Below are positions 14,694-23,065 of a stretch of 31,001 nt of DNA, piece by piece. The notes under the pieces are model-generated. The model ran no database searches. It was not told the origin of the DNA and saw only the letters and a list, made by a program, of their open reading frames with translations. The stretch comes from a virus, in IMG/VR virus record IMGVR_UViG_3300002483_000006. One strand, 5' to 3'. Made by a program: the position numbers and the translations under genes. The stretch's first letter is position 1. Each line of letters opens with the position of its first letter.

Positions 14694-16532
14694 TTAATTC
14701 TTAAATCCTTTTTTGTTCCAATATTCTGCTGTGTATCCTTTTTGTGGCATATCGTTTGGGGCGACTGGCACTTGCTGTTCGTTTGCCTCTGGCTTAAAGC
14801 CCCTTTTTCTTGCCTCTGTGGTCGTTATTAAATCGCCTAACCCCTTTGCACCTTTTTTACGTACATAGGTCTTACGCAGCCATTTATGATGACAACGAGG
14901 ACCGCCTTTCCATAGCCAGATGCTGTATTTTTTTGCACCGCCCTTTCCAAACCCTGGATTAACTTCTTTTTCGCTCATTGCAAGTATATCTTCCTTGCGG
15001 TAAACTTTTTTAGCGCTTACCATTTTAGAACAAAACTGCCTTGAGTTTGTTTTGCTTACCGCTGGGCTGTACATATATCTAACAAGGAATTCGTTTCCTT
15101 CCTCTGCTGTTTGCTTACTTGTGCCATCTTGGTCACTTTTTTGGTAAGGTTTAGCGCTGCCAGTACTAACAAACTGCCACATTTTAGCCAGTAAGCTTTT
15201 TGGCTTTGGTGTATTAAGTTCTTCAATAACCGAATCAAGTTCAGCTTCGTAATCGTAGTTTACTTCTTGCTCGTCAATTACTTCAAAATCTTTTAACAGT
15301 TCTTCCTCATCTTGCCCCAGCTTTATTAATTCTTCAGCTATTTCGCTACCTAACTCGTCAGGCAAATCTTGAGCTGAACAGCATTCCTTTGCAAGTTTTA
15401 CACCAGTTTCTTCCTCACGTGTTTCTTGGTCTACTACGTTTTCAAGGTCAGTGAATTCAAGCGGCTGCAAGGTTTTAAAATACAGCTTTAAACTTATGTT
15501 ATTATATGCAAGTATTTGGTCAAAGGCGTCTATTAAAAGCGTTTGGAACGGTCTTATAACGGTATTGTCCATTAATATACTTGCGGTCTTTAATTCGTCT
15601 GCATTGTTCCCTAAACCGCTGCTGTCTTTAATACCTAAAAGCATAGGCGAAACAACCCTGTGGGCTACCATTATTTTTTTACCGCTTTCATCACTCAAGA
15701 ACTGGTATTGGTTATGAGCGTCGCTTAATTGTATTGGCTCAATGGTTGCTGCGCTTTCTGGGTTGTCATTAAAGGCGAGTATAAATTTGCCAGCATTACT
15801 ACTCCCGCTGAATTTTTGGTAAATTCTATTTTCTAACATTTGGCGTTCCTCTGCATTTGGTGTTCCGTTGTTAAAATTGATTAACATTGACGGAGCCAAA
15901 CCATTTAGGATATTGTTCAAATGATAGTTACTAATTTCCTCCTCGAGCTCGGCATATTGTAGACCACCTTGATAGTCTGGCGAACTATAATATTTGTAGC
16001 CAGCTCGGTAAGGTTTTACGTATAAAATTTCAATCGGCTCGTTGCTGTATCCAAAAGCTGGTATGCGTGTGCATTGGTCAGCGTTTTTAACTTTTTCCCA
16101 GTTGTCAGAATAATAGTAAGCTTCAATTTCGCCCTTGTCGTTACATTTTTCAGCACGTAGGTTTTCAACTGGTATGTGTTCAACCCTTGCAATAGTTTTG
16201 CGGTCTTTACTGTAAATAACCTGTATTGTACATTGACCCATCAGTTTTAGGTCATAACACAATTTACGAACACAATCCTTGTGGAATAGCGTCATCATTT
16301 TAGCGTATGCCTCGGGCTTTTTGCTGCTGTTAAGTGCATCTAAGCCCTTACCGTAAATCATTTCGCTAATTCCATTTATAATAGCGTTATTTGTTGGGCT
16401 ACCATTATAGCGGTCAATAAGGTACTGAAAATAATTATTGTCTGTACCGTATGCAACCCATTCCTTGTTAGATTTTTCTACAATTTCAGGGCTGGTGTAA
16501 GTGCTCAAATTTACTACTCTTAAATCGTTCAT
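14694..16532 (-). CDS. Portal protein with a C-terminal Mu F / SPP1 gp7-like extension, 612 aa
   Basis: N-terminal WVAYGTDNNYFQYLIDRYNGSPTNNAIINGISEMIYGKGL is portal-like. An acidic linker follows (EELIKLGQDEEELLKDFEVIDEQE). The C-terminal SRQFCSKMVSAKKVYRKEDI...WLWKGGPRCHHKW resembles the Cys/His end of Mu F-like head morphogenesis proteins. Confidence 0.55.
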   Translation of the reverse strand: MNDLRVVNLSTYTSPEIVEKSNKEWVAYGTDNNYFQYLIDRYNGSPTNNAIINGISEMIYGKGLDALNSSKKPEAYAKMMTLFHKDCVRKLCYDLKLMGQCTIQVIYSKDRKTIARVEHIPVENLRAEKCNDKGEIEAYYYSDNWEKVKNADQCTRIPAFGYSNEPIEILYVKPYRAGYKYYSSPDYQGGLQYAELEEEISNYHLNNILNGLAPSMLINFNNGTPNAEERQMLENRIYQKFSGSSNAGKFILAFNDNPESAATIEPIQLSDAHNQYQFLSDESGKKIMVAHRVVSPMLLGIKDSSGLGNNADELKTASILMDNTVIRPFQTLLIDAFDQILAYNNISLKLYFKTLQPLEFTDLENVVDQETREEETGVKLAKECCSAQDLPDELGSEIAEELIKLGQDEEELLKDFEVIDEQEVNYDYEAELDSVIEELNTPKPKSLLAKMWQFVSTGSAKPYQKSDQDGTSKQTAEEGNEFLVRYMYSPAVSKTNSRQFCSKMVSAKKVYRKEDILAMSEKEVNPGFGKGGAKKYSIWLWKGGPRCHHKWLRKTYVRKKGAKGLGDLITTTEARKRGFKPEANEQQVPVAPNDMPQKGYTAEYWNKKGFKN

Positions 16533-16879
16533 ATTATTATATAATCATTATCGTAACTATCTTCCTGAACGTATTCGCCATCATTAACAGAATAATAGTC
16601 GTTATTTGTCTGGTTAATTGTTTGGTCGGTACAAAATACCCTATCTTTATAAATAACCGCACCAGAGTCCTTAATTTCAAGCGTATAGAAGTCGCCCTCT
16701 GTAAGTGTACCAAACACAGCATCAAAGGTCATATAATCCCTTACGGTGCTGGCTGTTGGTGTTACTGTTACATTTGCACCTGTGCTTTCACTTGTTAAGC
16801 TTACTGTAATACTACCGTCTATGTAGTGGCGCGGTATTACTTTAAAAGACTTATTGCCGTTTGTACCTATTAACTTCAT
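16529..16879 (-). CDS. Hypothetical virion protein, 116 aa, beta-rich with an acidic C-terminus
   Basis: ATG start, 4-nt overlap with the portal start, preceded by a TACTTTTG box. Confidence 0.5.
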   Translation of the reverse strand: MKLIGTNGNKSFKVIPRHYIDGSITVSLTSESTGANVTVTPTASTVRDYMTFDAVFGTLTEGDFYTLEIKDSGAVIYKDRVFCTDQTINQTNNDYYSVNDGEYVQEDSYDNDYIII

Positions 16880-16894
16880 ATATTAATATATAAA

Positions 16895-16902
16895 CAAAAG
16901 TA
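16895..16902 (-). promoter_or_regulatory. Bacteroidota-type -7 promoter element (TAnnTTTG)
   Basis: Minus strand reads TACTTTTG, 15 nt upstream of the ATG at 16879 and just downstream of a terminator. Confidence 0.3.
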
Positions 16903-16925
16903 TTTTATTTTGTACGGTAATGGCA

Positions 16926-16956
16926 TAAAAAAAGGGCTGCATATTGCAACCCCTTT
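16926..16956 (-). terminator. Rho-independent terminator after the 173-aa tail-tube-like gene
   Basis: Minus strand reads AAGGGGTTGC-aatat-GCAGCCCTT followed by a T-run. Confidence 0.65.
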
Positions 16957-16976
16957 AATTTAAAACCCTTTATTTG

Positions 16977-17498
16977 TTATGGTGTTGGGTCAATTGGTGA
17001 TGAACTGTCATCAGTTGGTAATGTAGCCACAAAGAATGGAGGTGCTGTTTCCTGTGCTGTAAGCGTGAGGGTGAATCCTGAAAGGTCACCCATTGCTGCA
17101 CCTGTTACAACTGTTCCGCCTGTAACCTCTGCTCCGTGATCTTTACCAATTAAAAAACCGTTTCCGTTGTAATCTTCTACAACAATTTGCGGTCTACCAT
17201 TAGCAAGTAATTTAATTTGCTCCTGTGTTGCAACGTCTAAAAATGTAAAGGTACAATTTAGCGTCGCTTCGTAAAATGTAGTTCCGTTTTCACGTGAACT
17301 GTTAATAGCTGTTTCTAAGCTACTGTTTCCTTTTACCTCGTATTTATACCAGCTTACTGAATCGTCAAGGGTAATTGTACCCGAGCTATCTGTAAGGTCT
17401 GCGGTTGTAGTAGTGTAAGGACCAAAGAAAATATTTTTAATCCCACCTACTGCCGATTTACAAGGTAAACTTCTTCCGTTTGATACTGCGCAAGCCAT
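16977..17498 (-). CDS. Putative major tail (tube) protein, 173 aa
   Basis: Small beta-rich protein directly after the capsid gene, bracketed by two strong terminators, which suggests high expression. The N-terminal CKSAVGGIKNIFF motif and C-terminal GAEVTGGTVVTGAAMGDLSGFTLTL resemble tail tube proteins. Assigned from recollection only. Confidence 0.4.
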   Translation of the reverse strand: MACAVSNGRSLPCKSAVGGIKNIFFGPYTTTTADLTDSSGTITLDDSVSWYKYEVKGNSSLETAINSSRENGTTFYEATLNCTFTFLDVATQEQIKLLANGRPQIVVEDYNGNGFLIGKDHGAEVTGGTVVTGAAMGDLSGFTLTLTAQETAPPFFVATLPTDDSSSPIDPTP

Positions 17499-17516
17499 AT
17501 GTTTATTTTTTTAATT

Positions 17517-17548
17517 AAAAAAGGGTAAGGGTTTAATCCCTCACCCCC
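17517..17548 (-). terminator. Rho-independent terminator after the major capsid gene
   Basis: Minus strand reads GGGTGAGGG-attaaa-CCCTTACCC followed by T6. Confidence 0.75.
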
Positions 17549-17574
17549 TTTTGTTTGTTAGTTATTTATTTTAA

Positions 17575-18510
17575 TTATGCAAGTGTGTAAAGTGCCACAT
17601 CGCTACCGATTCCGTACTGAACCCCAGCAGTTGCTCTCATTACTACACGTACATTCTGGCTTCCGTCAAGGTCACCCATATCAATAACCTTAACTTCGTT
17701 CAAGTCTGACAAGAGGCCAGTTCCGAAGAATAGGTTTGATTTTTGAGCTGCTACCATATGGTCAGCTGGCATACCTGGAGCGCGGAAGATTTTAATTCCG
17801 TCATACAACAAGTTGCTTAAAGCTTGGTTGTTACCTTTGTTGTCGTAACCGTTTGCCCCAACGCCTTGAGCTGCATACCCTCCAAGGTGTCTTAAGTATA
17901 ATTGGTAAACGTTGTTAGGAACGTAGATATGCAAGTCATCTTGATATAAAACGCTGTTTGGAATAGCATCAACAAGTTTCCCTATTTCTCCAGCGACGTT
18001 CGCAGCTGTAAAAGAAGTTTCTGTTGTTACTGCATCGTTTACATCGCCGTCAGCTGCCATTAATACTGTAAGCCCATCAAACTCGCCAGCATTGGCATTC
18101 ACACCGCCCCAAATGTTAGTTTCAATTTTTTGAGCGACCTTTGCTGAAACGTGTCCAATTAAGAAATCTGCAAATGAAGGAGGAAGTTGGTCAAAAGAGC
18201 TGTAACCCATTTGGATCGCTTCCCAATCGCTGCGGAAGTCCTTTTTACAAAGCTGCAAGTTTACTTGGAATTCTTCTGGTTGTAGAATTCTTTCTGTTAA
18301 AGTGATTGTAGAAGTTGGGTCAAAGTCACAAGTTGCGTCTTTTAAAATTGCATCAGTAGATACTTTTTTAATTACTTCCTTGAACTTTACGTTTGGTTTA
18401 ATTTCTACACCACCGTTGTTTAGTGTTTCTCCGCTCAATAAAGCTGCTGAAATGTATTTTCCAGCAAATTCACCTGCGTAAGTAGTTGTGATTGAAGTTG
18501 TAGTTGCCAT
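17575..18510 (-). CDS. Major capsid protein, 311 aa (HK97-fold expected)
   Basis: Directly follows the scaffold gene and is followed by a strong terminator. Size and composition are typical of a capsid protein. Confidence 0.7.
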   Translation of the reverse strand: MATTTSITTTYAGEFAGKYISAALLSGETLNNGGVEIKPNVKFKEVIKKVSTDAILKDATCDFDPTSTITLTERILQPEEFQVNLQLCKKDFRSDWEAIQMGYSSFDQLPPSFADFLIGHVSAKVAQKIETNIWGGVNANAGEFDGLTVLMAADGDVNDAVTTETSFTAANVAGEIGKLVDAIPNSVLYQDDLHIYVPNNVYQLYLRHLGGYAAQGVGANGYDNKGNNQALSNLLYDGIKIFRAPGMPADHMVAAQKSNLFFGTGLLSDLNEVKVIDMGDLDGSQNVRVVMRATAGVQYGIGSDVALYTLA

Positions 18511-18514
18511 TTAT

Positions 18515-19144
18515 TTATTGATTTATTTTGTTAAATACTCTATCTAAAATGTTTTGCGGTCTGTTATTTGCAAAACGGTTAAGGTTTACTGCATTTGTGC
18601 TTTCAGGGTTTGCCTGAATTGGCTCTGCAGCTGGTTGGTTAAGTTCCTCTTGAACTTCTGCTGGCACTTCGTTTAATTCAACTTTTTCGTGCTTTGCAAG
18701 TTCTTCGGTTAAAAGGTTGCCTAAATCTTCTGCGCTCATTTGTTCTTTTGGCTCAAGCATTTGTTTAATTTTTTCTACCATTTGCTTAACCTCAGCGAGC
18801 TCCTCTTTTGTAGCGTAACCCATTTCTTCTTTTTCTTCTTCAAGTTCCACATCTTCCGATGCTTCAACTTCTTCGGCTGGTGCTTCTTCTTCGGCAGCAG
18901 CTTCTTTAATTTCAGAAATAAGCCCCTCTTCTTCAATGACTAAAATACGGCCATCTTCCAGCTCGTATTCACCAACAGGAACAGCCACTTTTTCGTCATC
19001 GGTAACTATAAAAATTTCGTTACCGCTTTCAAACGCTTCTGCTTCAAGAACAGTTCCGTTTTCTAACTTTTGTTGTTCTAACTTAACTTCCTCGCTAAGA
19101 TTTAGAACTTCCTTGATTTTACTGATCATATCATTCGTGTTCAT
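18515..19144 (-). CDS. Scaffolding protein, 209 aa
   Basis: Very acidic and helical (EEAPAEEVEASEDVELEEEKEE). Lies immediately upstream of the capsid gene. Confidence 0.65.
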   Translation of the reverse strand: MNTNDMISKIKEVLNLSEEVKLEQQKLENGTVLEAEAFESGNEIFIVTDDEKVAVPVGEYELEDGRILVIEEEGLISEIKEAAAEEEAPAEEVEASEDVELEEEKEEMGYATKEELAEVKQMVEKIKQMLEPKEQMSAEDLGNLLTEELAKHEKVELNEVPAEVQEELNQPAAEPIQANPESTNAVNLNRFANNRPQNILDRVFNKINQ

Positions 19145-19180
19145 ATTAATATATAAGTGTTAAAAATTAATTTTGCATTT

Positions 19181-19630
19181 TTAAGCTTTTTTCTGTATAA
19201 TAAACCACTCGCTACCGTCACTCCAAACATATATACCCTCATATTCTTTATTTATTTCATAGTAGTTAGTAGAGCCATCTAACGTATCGCTGCCACTTGG
19301 TGTTAAATAAACCCTTGTATTTGTGTTAAACCCACCGTTTGAAATAAACCTTATTGCTCTGTTTGTGCTATTGGCTGCACTTGGTAAATTAAGAGTCATA
19401 TTTCCAGCAGCACCGCTCCACGTTAATTTAACCAATTTTATATCTGCATATTGGCTGTCTGATAGGTTTATGGTTTGCCCACTTGATACGGTTATATGCG
19501 TAGGTAACAAGTAATTTACAATATCATTAACAGTACCTTTTTTGGTTGTGCCACTTTGTACAAAAACTAAATTTTCAGTTCCATCAAGTGCGGTTGTACT
19601 GTTAAGCTCTGTTATTTTTTTATCTGCCAT
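19181..19630 (-). CDS. Virion fibre or decoration-like protein, 149 aa
   Basis: The N-terminal KITELNSTTALDGTENLVFVQSGTTKKGTVNDIVNYL is the anchor-type motif common at the N-termini of phage fibre proteins. Confidence 0.4.
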   Translation of the reverse strand: MADKKITELNSTTALDGTENLVFVQSGTTKKGTVNDIVNYLLPTHITVSSGQTINLSDSQYADIKLVKLTWSGAAGNMTLNLPSAANSTNRAIRFISNGGFNTNTRVYLTPSGSDTLDGSTNYYEINKEYEGIYVWSDGSEWFIIQKKA

Positions 19631-19839
19631 TATAATTTTATTTTACTATTATTTTCCTGTAAAATTTTGCTTCTGTTTTCCTGTAATAAAAAACTAAATA
19701 ATTTTGTTATTGAACCAATACCTTGAGCCTGTAAACTACCATCACAGCATTTTCTGGAATACGTATTATCTGCGCAAAGGCAACCTCTACGGCTACCTTT
19801 AGGGCTTGTATTACTTGGCGTTTTAAATCTCCTTTTCAT
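19630..19839 (-). CDS. Small basic Cys-rich protein, 69 aa
   Basis: MKRRFKTPSNTSPKGSRRGCLCADNTYSRKCCDG, followed by a duplicated LQEN(R/N)SKI segment. ATGA overlap with the upstream ORF. Confidence 0.5.
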   Translation of the reverse strand: MKRRFKTPSNTSPKGSRRGCLCADNTYSRKCCDGSLQAQGIGSITKLFSFLLQENRSKILQENNSKIKL

Positions 19840-19961
19840 CCTTGGCCTTTATATAGTTTTTTATAATTTTTACTACTTTTTAATTTACTGGTTTTGCTTT
19901 TGGCGTGTATGCCTTTACGCTTAACCTTTTTGCGCTCTATTTTAACGGCTACCTTTTTCAT
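19836..19961 (-). CDS. Small ORF missing from the supplied track, 41 aa, extremely basic
   Basis: Hand translation: MKKVAVKIERKKVKRKGIHAKSKTSKLKSSKNYKKLYKGQG. Overlaps both neighbouring genes and fills the 19840..19960 gap. Confidence 0.45.
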   Translation of the reverse strand: MKKVAVKIERKKVKRKGIHAKSKTSKLKSSKNYKKLYKGQG

Positions 19962-21007
19962 TATATTGGTACGCAGTTAGGTACTAATTTTCCGTTCTTG
20001 GTTTTCATTCCATACTGACGGTAACCAGCTTGACAAGGTGCTTCAAGGTCAATTAAATCTAATTCCTTTAATTTGCTTAAAGCCCAACGTTTACCAGCTT
20101 TGCCACCCCACAATAGATATGATATTGTTCCACAAGCTTTAGTATCGCCCTCATCGTAGTATTCCTCTGCTCTTGACAAATAGGAATACATCCGTTTTAT
20201 TGTTTGTACGCTGATTGGTTTGCCTTGTGCCAGTTGCTGCGCTCTTACCTTACCTACTTGCGTTGCGCATTTGTTGTTTACTTTTTCGTTTAACTCAAGG
20301 CCTCTTTTGGCGTTGTTTTTTACGCCGCTGGGGTAATCGCTATAACTTTCAAACTCTATTTTTTTACCGCCCTTAACACGTTTGTCTTTTTTTACTATGG
20401 CCTTTATTTGCCCAAGTAAATATTCGCCCTCTTCTTCTTCTATTTGTTTTAGTATTTTATCGGTACTAAAATCGCCCAATGTTTTGTCTTTAGGGCGTTC
20501 CATTTTATCTGCAAAATAACCCTCTATCGAAAAACCTTTTACCTTACCAGTTTTAACAAACTCGTTCCAAATTTGGTCGTTGTTTACTTTAACACTTCCA
20601 ACCCACGTGCCTAAAGGCAGTTCCATTCCGTATTTTACGCTTTTGTCGTGTACCTTATCTTCAACTATCCAGCTTTCTACTAAACTTAAACCGTTTATTT
20701 CGTACTGGTGTTCAAGCGTGCTGTTGTTTTGTTTGCCTTGCATTAAATACATTTGCGACGCTTTTAAGACCGTATCTTTTGAAAAATATATATAGTACTC
20801 ATCTTCGCCGTTGCGTCTGTATATGGGCTTGTTTGGTATTAATAGCGCACCCATTAAAATACGCTTTTCTTTGTCTACCTCTGCAAGCTTAAATTCTTGG
20901 CTTTTAAGGGCAATGAAATCTTCCTCTATCGCTGGGTTTTCTACAACACTTATGGCTTCAATTCCAATTTCTTGCTCTTCGTCTAAAATTAATTCTACTA
21001 TACGCAT
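19961..21007 (-). CDS. XkdF-like putative prohead protease, 348 aa, with a C-terminal helical domain
   Basis: The N-terminal GIEAISVVENPAIEEDFIALK ... ILMGALLIPNKPIYR ... FSIEGYF matches the PBSX XkdF (Peptidase_S78_2-like) pattern. Positioned upstream of the scaffold and capsid genes. Confidence 0.55.
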   Translation of the reverse strand: MRIVELILDEEQEIGIEAISVVENPAIEEDFIALKSQEFKLAEVDKEKRILMGALLIPNKPIYRRNGEDEYYIYFSKDTVLKASQMYLMQGKQNNSTLEHQYEINGLSLVESWIVEDKVHDKSVKYGMELPLGTWVGSVKVNNDQIWNEFVKTGKVKGFSIEGYFADKMERPKDKTLGDFSTDKILKQIEEEEGEYLLGQIKAIVKKDKRVKGGKKIEFESYSDYPSGVKNNAKRGLELNEKVNNKCATQVGKVRAQQLAQGKPISVQTIKRMYSYLSRAEEYYDEGDTKACGTISYLLWGGKAGKRWALSKLKELDLIDLEAPCQAGYRQYGMKTKNGKLVPNCVPI

Positions 21008-21041
21008 ATTATTATATAACTGTTTTTATTATTTTTTGTCT

Positions 21042-22934
21042 TTATAGGGTTGCGCCCTCTACAATATTGTTGTTTAAGCTTTGCGCTGTTGTTACATCAT
21101 TTGCCACCACATAGGCCTGAACTGGCTGTTGTTCTTGCTCGCCTATGGCTTCAGCTAATTGACTGGTTTCTGTTGCACCTACAATATTAAAACTCGGGGC
21201 TTGCGGTTGCGCAGCACCACCACCACCAGCACCGCCGCCGCCTATTGTACTGGCTACACTATTAGCTGAACTTGTTGCTGATTTTACAGCCCCTATAATA
21301 CCAGCGAGCTGGGCTGCATAACCAATCAATAAAGGTATGTTTTGCGGGAACCCTACTTTCGCCGTTTGGGCTGTACCCTCTGCTCCTGCGACTGTACTTT
21401 TTGCAATTGCCAGCTTTCCAAATGTTATGGTCTTTTTTGCCTCCATAACCATTTCTTTCAAGGCCAAAGCTTGTTTCGCTATTAATAGCGCTTTGCCTAC
21501 GCCAGTTTCTGCGCCAGCCAAACTAATTGCATCGTCAAGGGCTTTTTGTTTTGCAGCTGTTTTTTGTTGTTCTAAACGTGCTGTTTCTTCTGCCAATTTT
21601 GTTTCTTCAGCAAGTATATCGGCATCAACCTTTTTCTTAGCTTCAACTTTTAATTCATCGTAATACCTTTGCACTTCTAACAGCTGTTCATTTGTAGCTC
21701 CTAACCTATCAAGTTCAGCAAGCTTTCTTTGTTCTTCAAGTTCTACCTTTTTTAGCTCATTATCAGCATCCCTGTTTTCTTGTTTTATGCGGTAATCGTT
21801 TTGTATTTTTTCAATGGCCGCTTGCTTTTCCTCTTCGGTCATTACATCAGATTTTGCTGCATCTTTTGTAACTTTATTGGCCTCACGTGTTGCGGTTGTT
21901 ATTTCAGCCGTCAGAGCCTTTTGTAGTTTTAACCTTTGTGTTTCTTTATTAATTACTTCGGCCTTTAATTGTGCTTCTTCATCAAGGTCTGCTTTATTAC
22001 TTTTGGTTAAGGCGTTTTCGGTTTGTTTAGCTTCAAGCCGTATTTTAGCAACTTCGGTTTCTTGCTGCGCTAAATTGTTGCTTATTTCAGCGGCTTCCTG
22101 TAATGCTTTTATTCTTTCCTCTGCCGTTACGTTTTCCTTGTCTGCGGCTTTTTCGCGTAGGGCGGCAATATCACGTTCTGCTTCGGCACGTTTAACCACC
22201 AAATCCCTCGCCATTTTTTCGGCCTTTGCACGTTGATCGGCTATTTTCGCAGCGGCTTTCGCATCATCTACAATTTCATCTTTAAAACTTTTAACGGCAT
22301 TTGTCGCCTTGTCAATACTGTTTTCAACGCCTGTAAAACTATCAACAAAACTGCTGCCAGCTTTTTTCGCACTTTCCAACGCTTCATCAAAATCGCCTTT
22401 AAATACGCTTTTTATTGCACTACCTAAAAAACCAACTGTATCAAGTATAGCTTTAAACCTGTTTGTTATATTGGTTACAAGTAAGTTTTTAAAGTCAATA
22501 AGGGCTTGTTTTGGGTCTTCAAAAACGCTTATAATCCCCTCGCCTAAATCCGCAAGTAAATCTAAAAGGTTGCCAGTAACACTACCAATCACACCCAGTA
22601 TTTTAGCAAATTTGTTTTGCCCCTCTTCGCTACGTGTAAAGGCCTGTCCAAGTGAAGTAACTGCAATTAATAAAGCCCCTATTCCTGTTCCTATAATAGC
22701 AATACGTAAACTTTTAAAGCTACCTATAACGGTTTTTAACGTGCCTTTTAAAGCTTGGAATTTACTTACTGCGCCGCCAGTTGCTTTGTCTACTGTTCCT
22801 GCCATAGCTTGCGTAGAGGCGTTTGTATTGTCTATTTCCTTGTTGGTTTCTTTTATGCTTTCCTTAAACTTGTCTAAGCCGCCAGCAGCTTTAACCGTAT
22901 CAACGTCAATTACTATCTTTTTTTCTATTGCCAT
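21042..22934 (-). CDS. Tape-measure-like protein, 630 aa
   Basis: Long A/K/E-rich coiled-coil centre, a hydrophobic segment (LRIAIIGTGIGALLIAVTSL) and a Gly-rich C-terminal region (GGGGAGGGGAAQP). Confidence 0.6.
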   Translation of the reverse strand: MAIEKKIVIDVDTVKAAGGLDKFKESIKETNKEIDNTNASTQAMAGTVDKATGGAVSKFQALKGTLKTVIGSFKSLRIAIIGTGIGALLIAVTSLGQAFTRSEEGQNKFAKILGVIGSVTGNLLDLLADLGEGIISVFEDPKQALIDFKNLLVTNITNRFKAILDTVGFLGSAIKSVFKGDFDEALESAKKAGSSFVDSFTGVENSIDKATNAVKSFKDEIVDDAKAAAKIADQRAKAEKMARDLVVKRAEAERDIAALREKAADKENVTAEERIKALQEAAEISNNLAQQETEVAKIRLEAKQTENALTKSNKADLDEEAQLKAEVINKETQRLKLQKALTAEITTATREANKVTKDAAKSDVMTEEEKQAAIEKIQNDYRIKQENRDADNELKKVELEEQRKLAELDRLGATNEQLLEVQRYYDELKVEAKKKVDADILAEETKLAEETARLEQQKTAAKQKALDDAISLAGAETGVGKALLIAKQALALKEMVMEAKKTITFGKLAIAKSTVAGAEGTAQTAKVGFPQNIPLLIGYAAQLAGIIGAVKSATSSANSVASTIGGGGAGGGGAAQPQAPSFNIVGATETSQLAEAIGEQEQQPVQAYVVANDVTTAQSLNNNIVEGATL

Positions 22935-23065
22935 TTTATTTCCTTTTTAAGTGCTTTGTATCCCTCTTTTAAAGTTGTAGGCAGTTTGTATTTGCCTTGT
23001 GCTATACGTATATTTTCGGTTTCACCATTAACGTATTTTAAGCTGTCTAATATTAATTTTATCAT
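22925..23065 (-). CDS. Small ORF missing from the supplied track, 46 aa, hypothetical
   Basis: Hand translation: MIKLILDSLKYVNGETENIRIAQGKYKLPTTLKEGYKALKKEIKWQ. ATGA overlap with the upstream stop, and it overlaps the start of the tape-measure-like gene. Confidence 0.4.
   Translation of the reverse strand: MIKLILDSLKYVNGETENIRIAQGKYKLPTTLKEGYKALKKEIKWQ

Noticed and set aside
15056-15238. Minus-strand ORFs nested out of frame inside larger genes: 15056..15238 in the portal gene, 16537..16725 in the 116-aa gene and 4703..4924 in the exonuclease gene
   Set aside because: They are fully contained in better-supported genes in another frame and have no independent start context. Their sequences look like random translation.
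19652-19686. 11-nt direct repeat TTTTCCTGTAA at 19652..19662 and 19676..19686
   Set aside because: It is an in-frame 24-nt periodic duplication inside the 69-aa ORF and encodes LQEN(R/N)SKI twice. It is too short and too isolated to be an array or iteron set.
21205-21243. Locally GC-rich, repeat-looking tract (gcagcaccaccaccaccagcaccgccgccgcc)
   Set aside because: It is in frame within the tape-measure-like gene and simply encodes the Gly-rich segment GGGGAGGGGAAQP. It is not a regulatory or mobile-element repeat.
22309-22950. 213-aa plus-strand ORF, together with the other plus-strand ORFs at 21337..21663, 21814..22236, 26086..26457, 13253..13615, 3495..3848, 10514..10840 and elsewhere
   Set aside because: All lie antisense to long, well-supported minus-strand genes. 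Their products are low-complexity S/L/F/C-rich strings that mirror the K/E/A-rich sense proteins. None has an intergenic region or a partner gene of its own on the plus strand.
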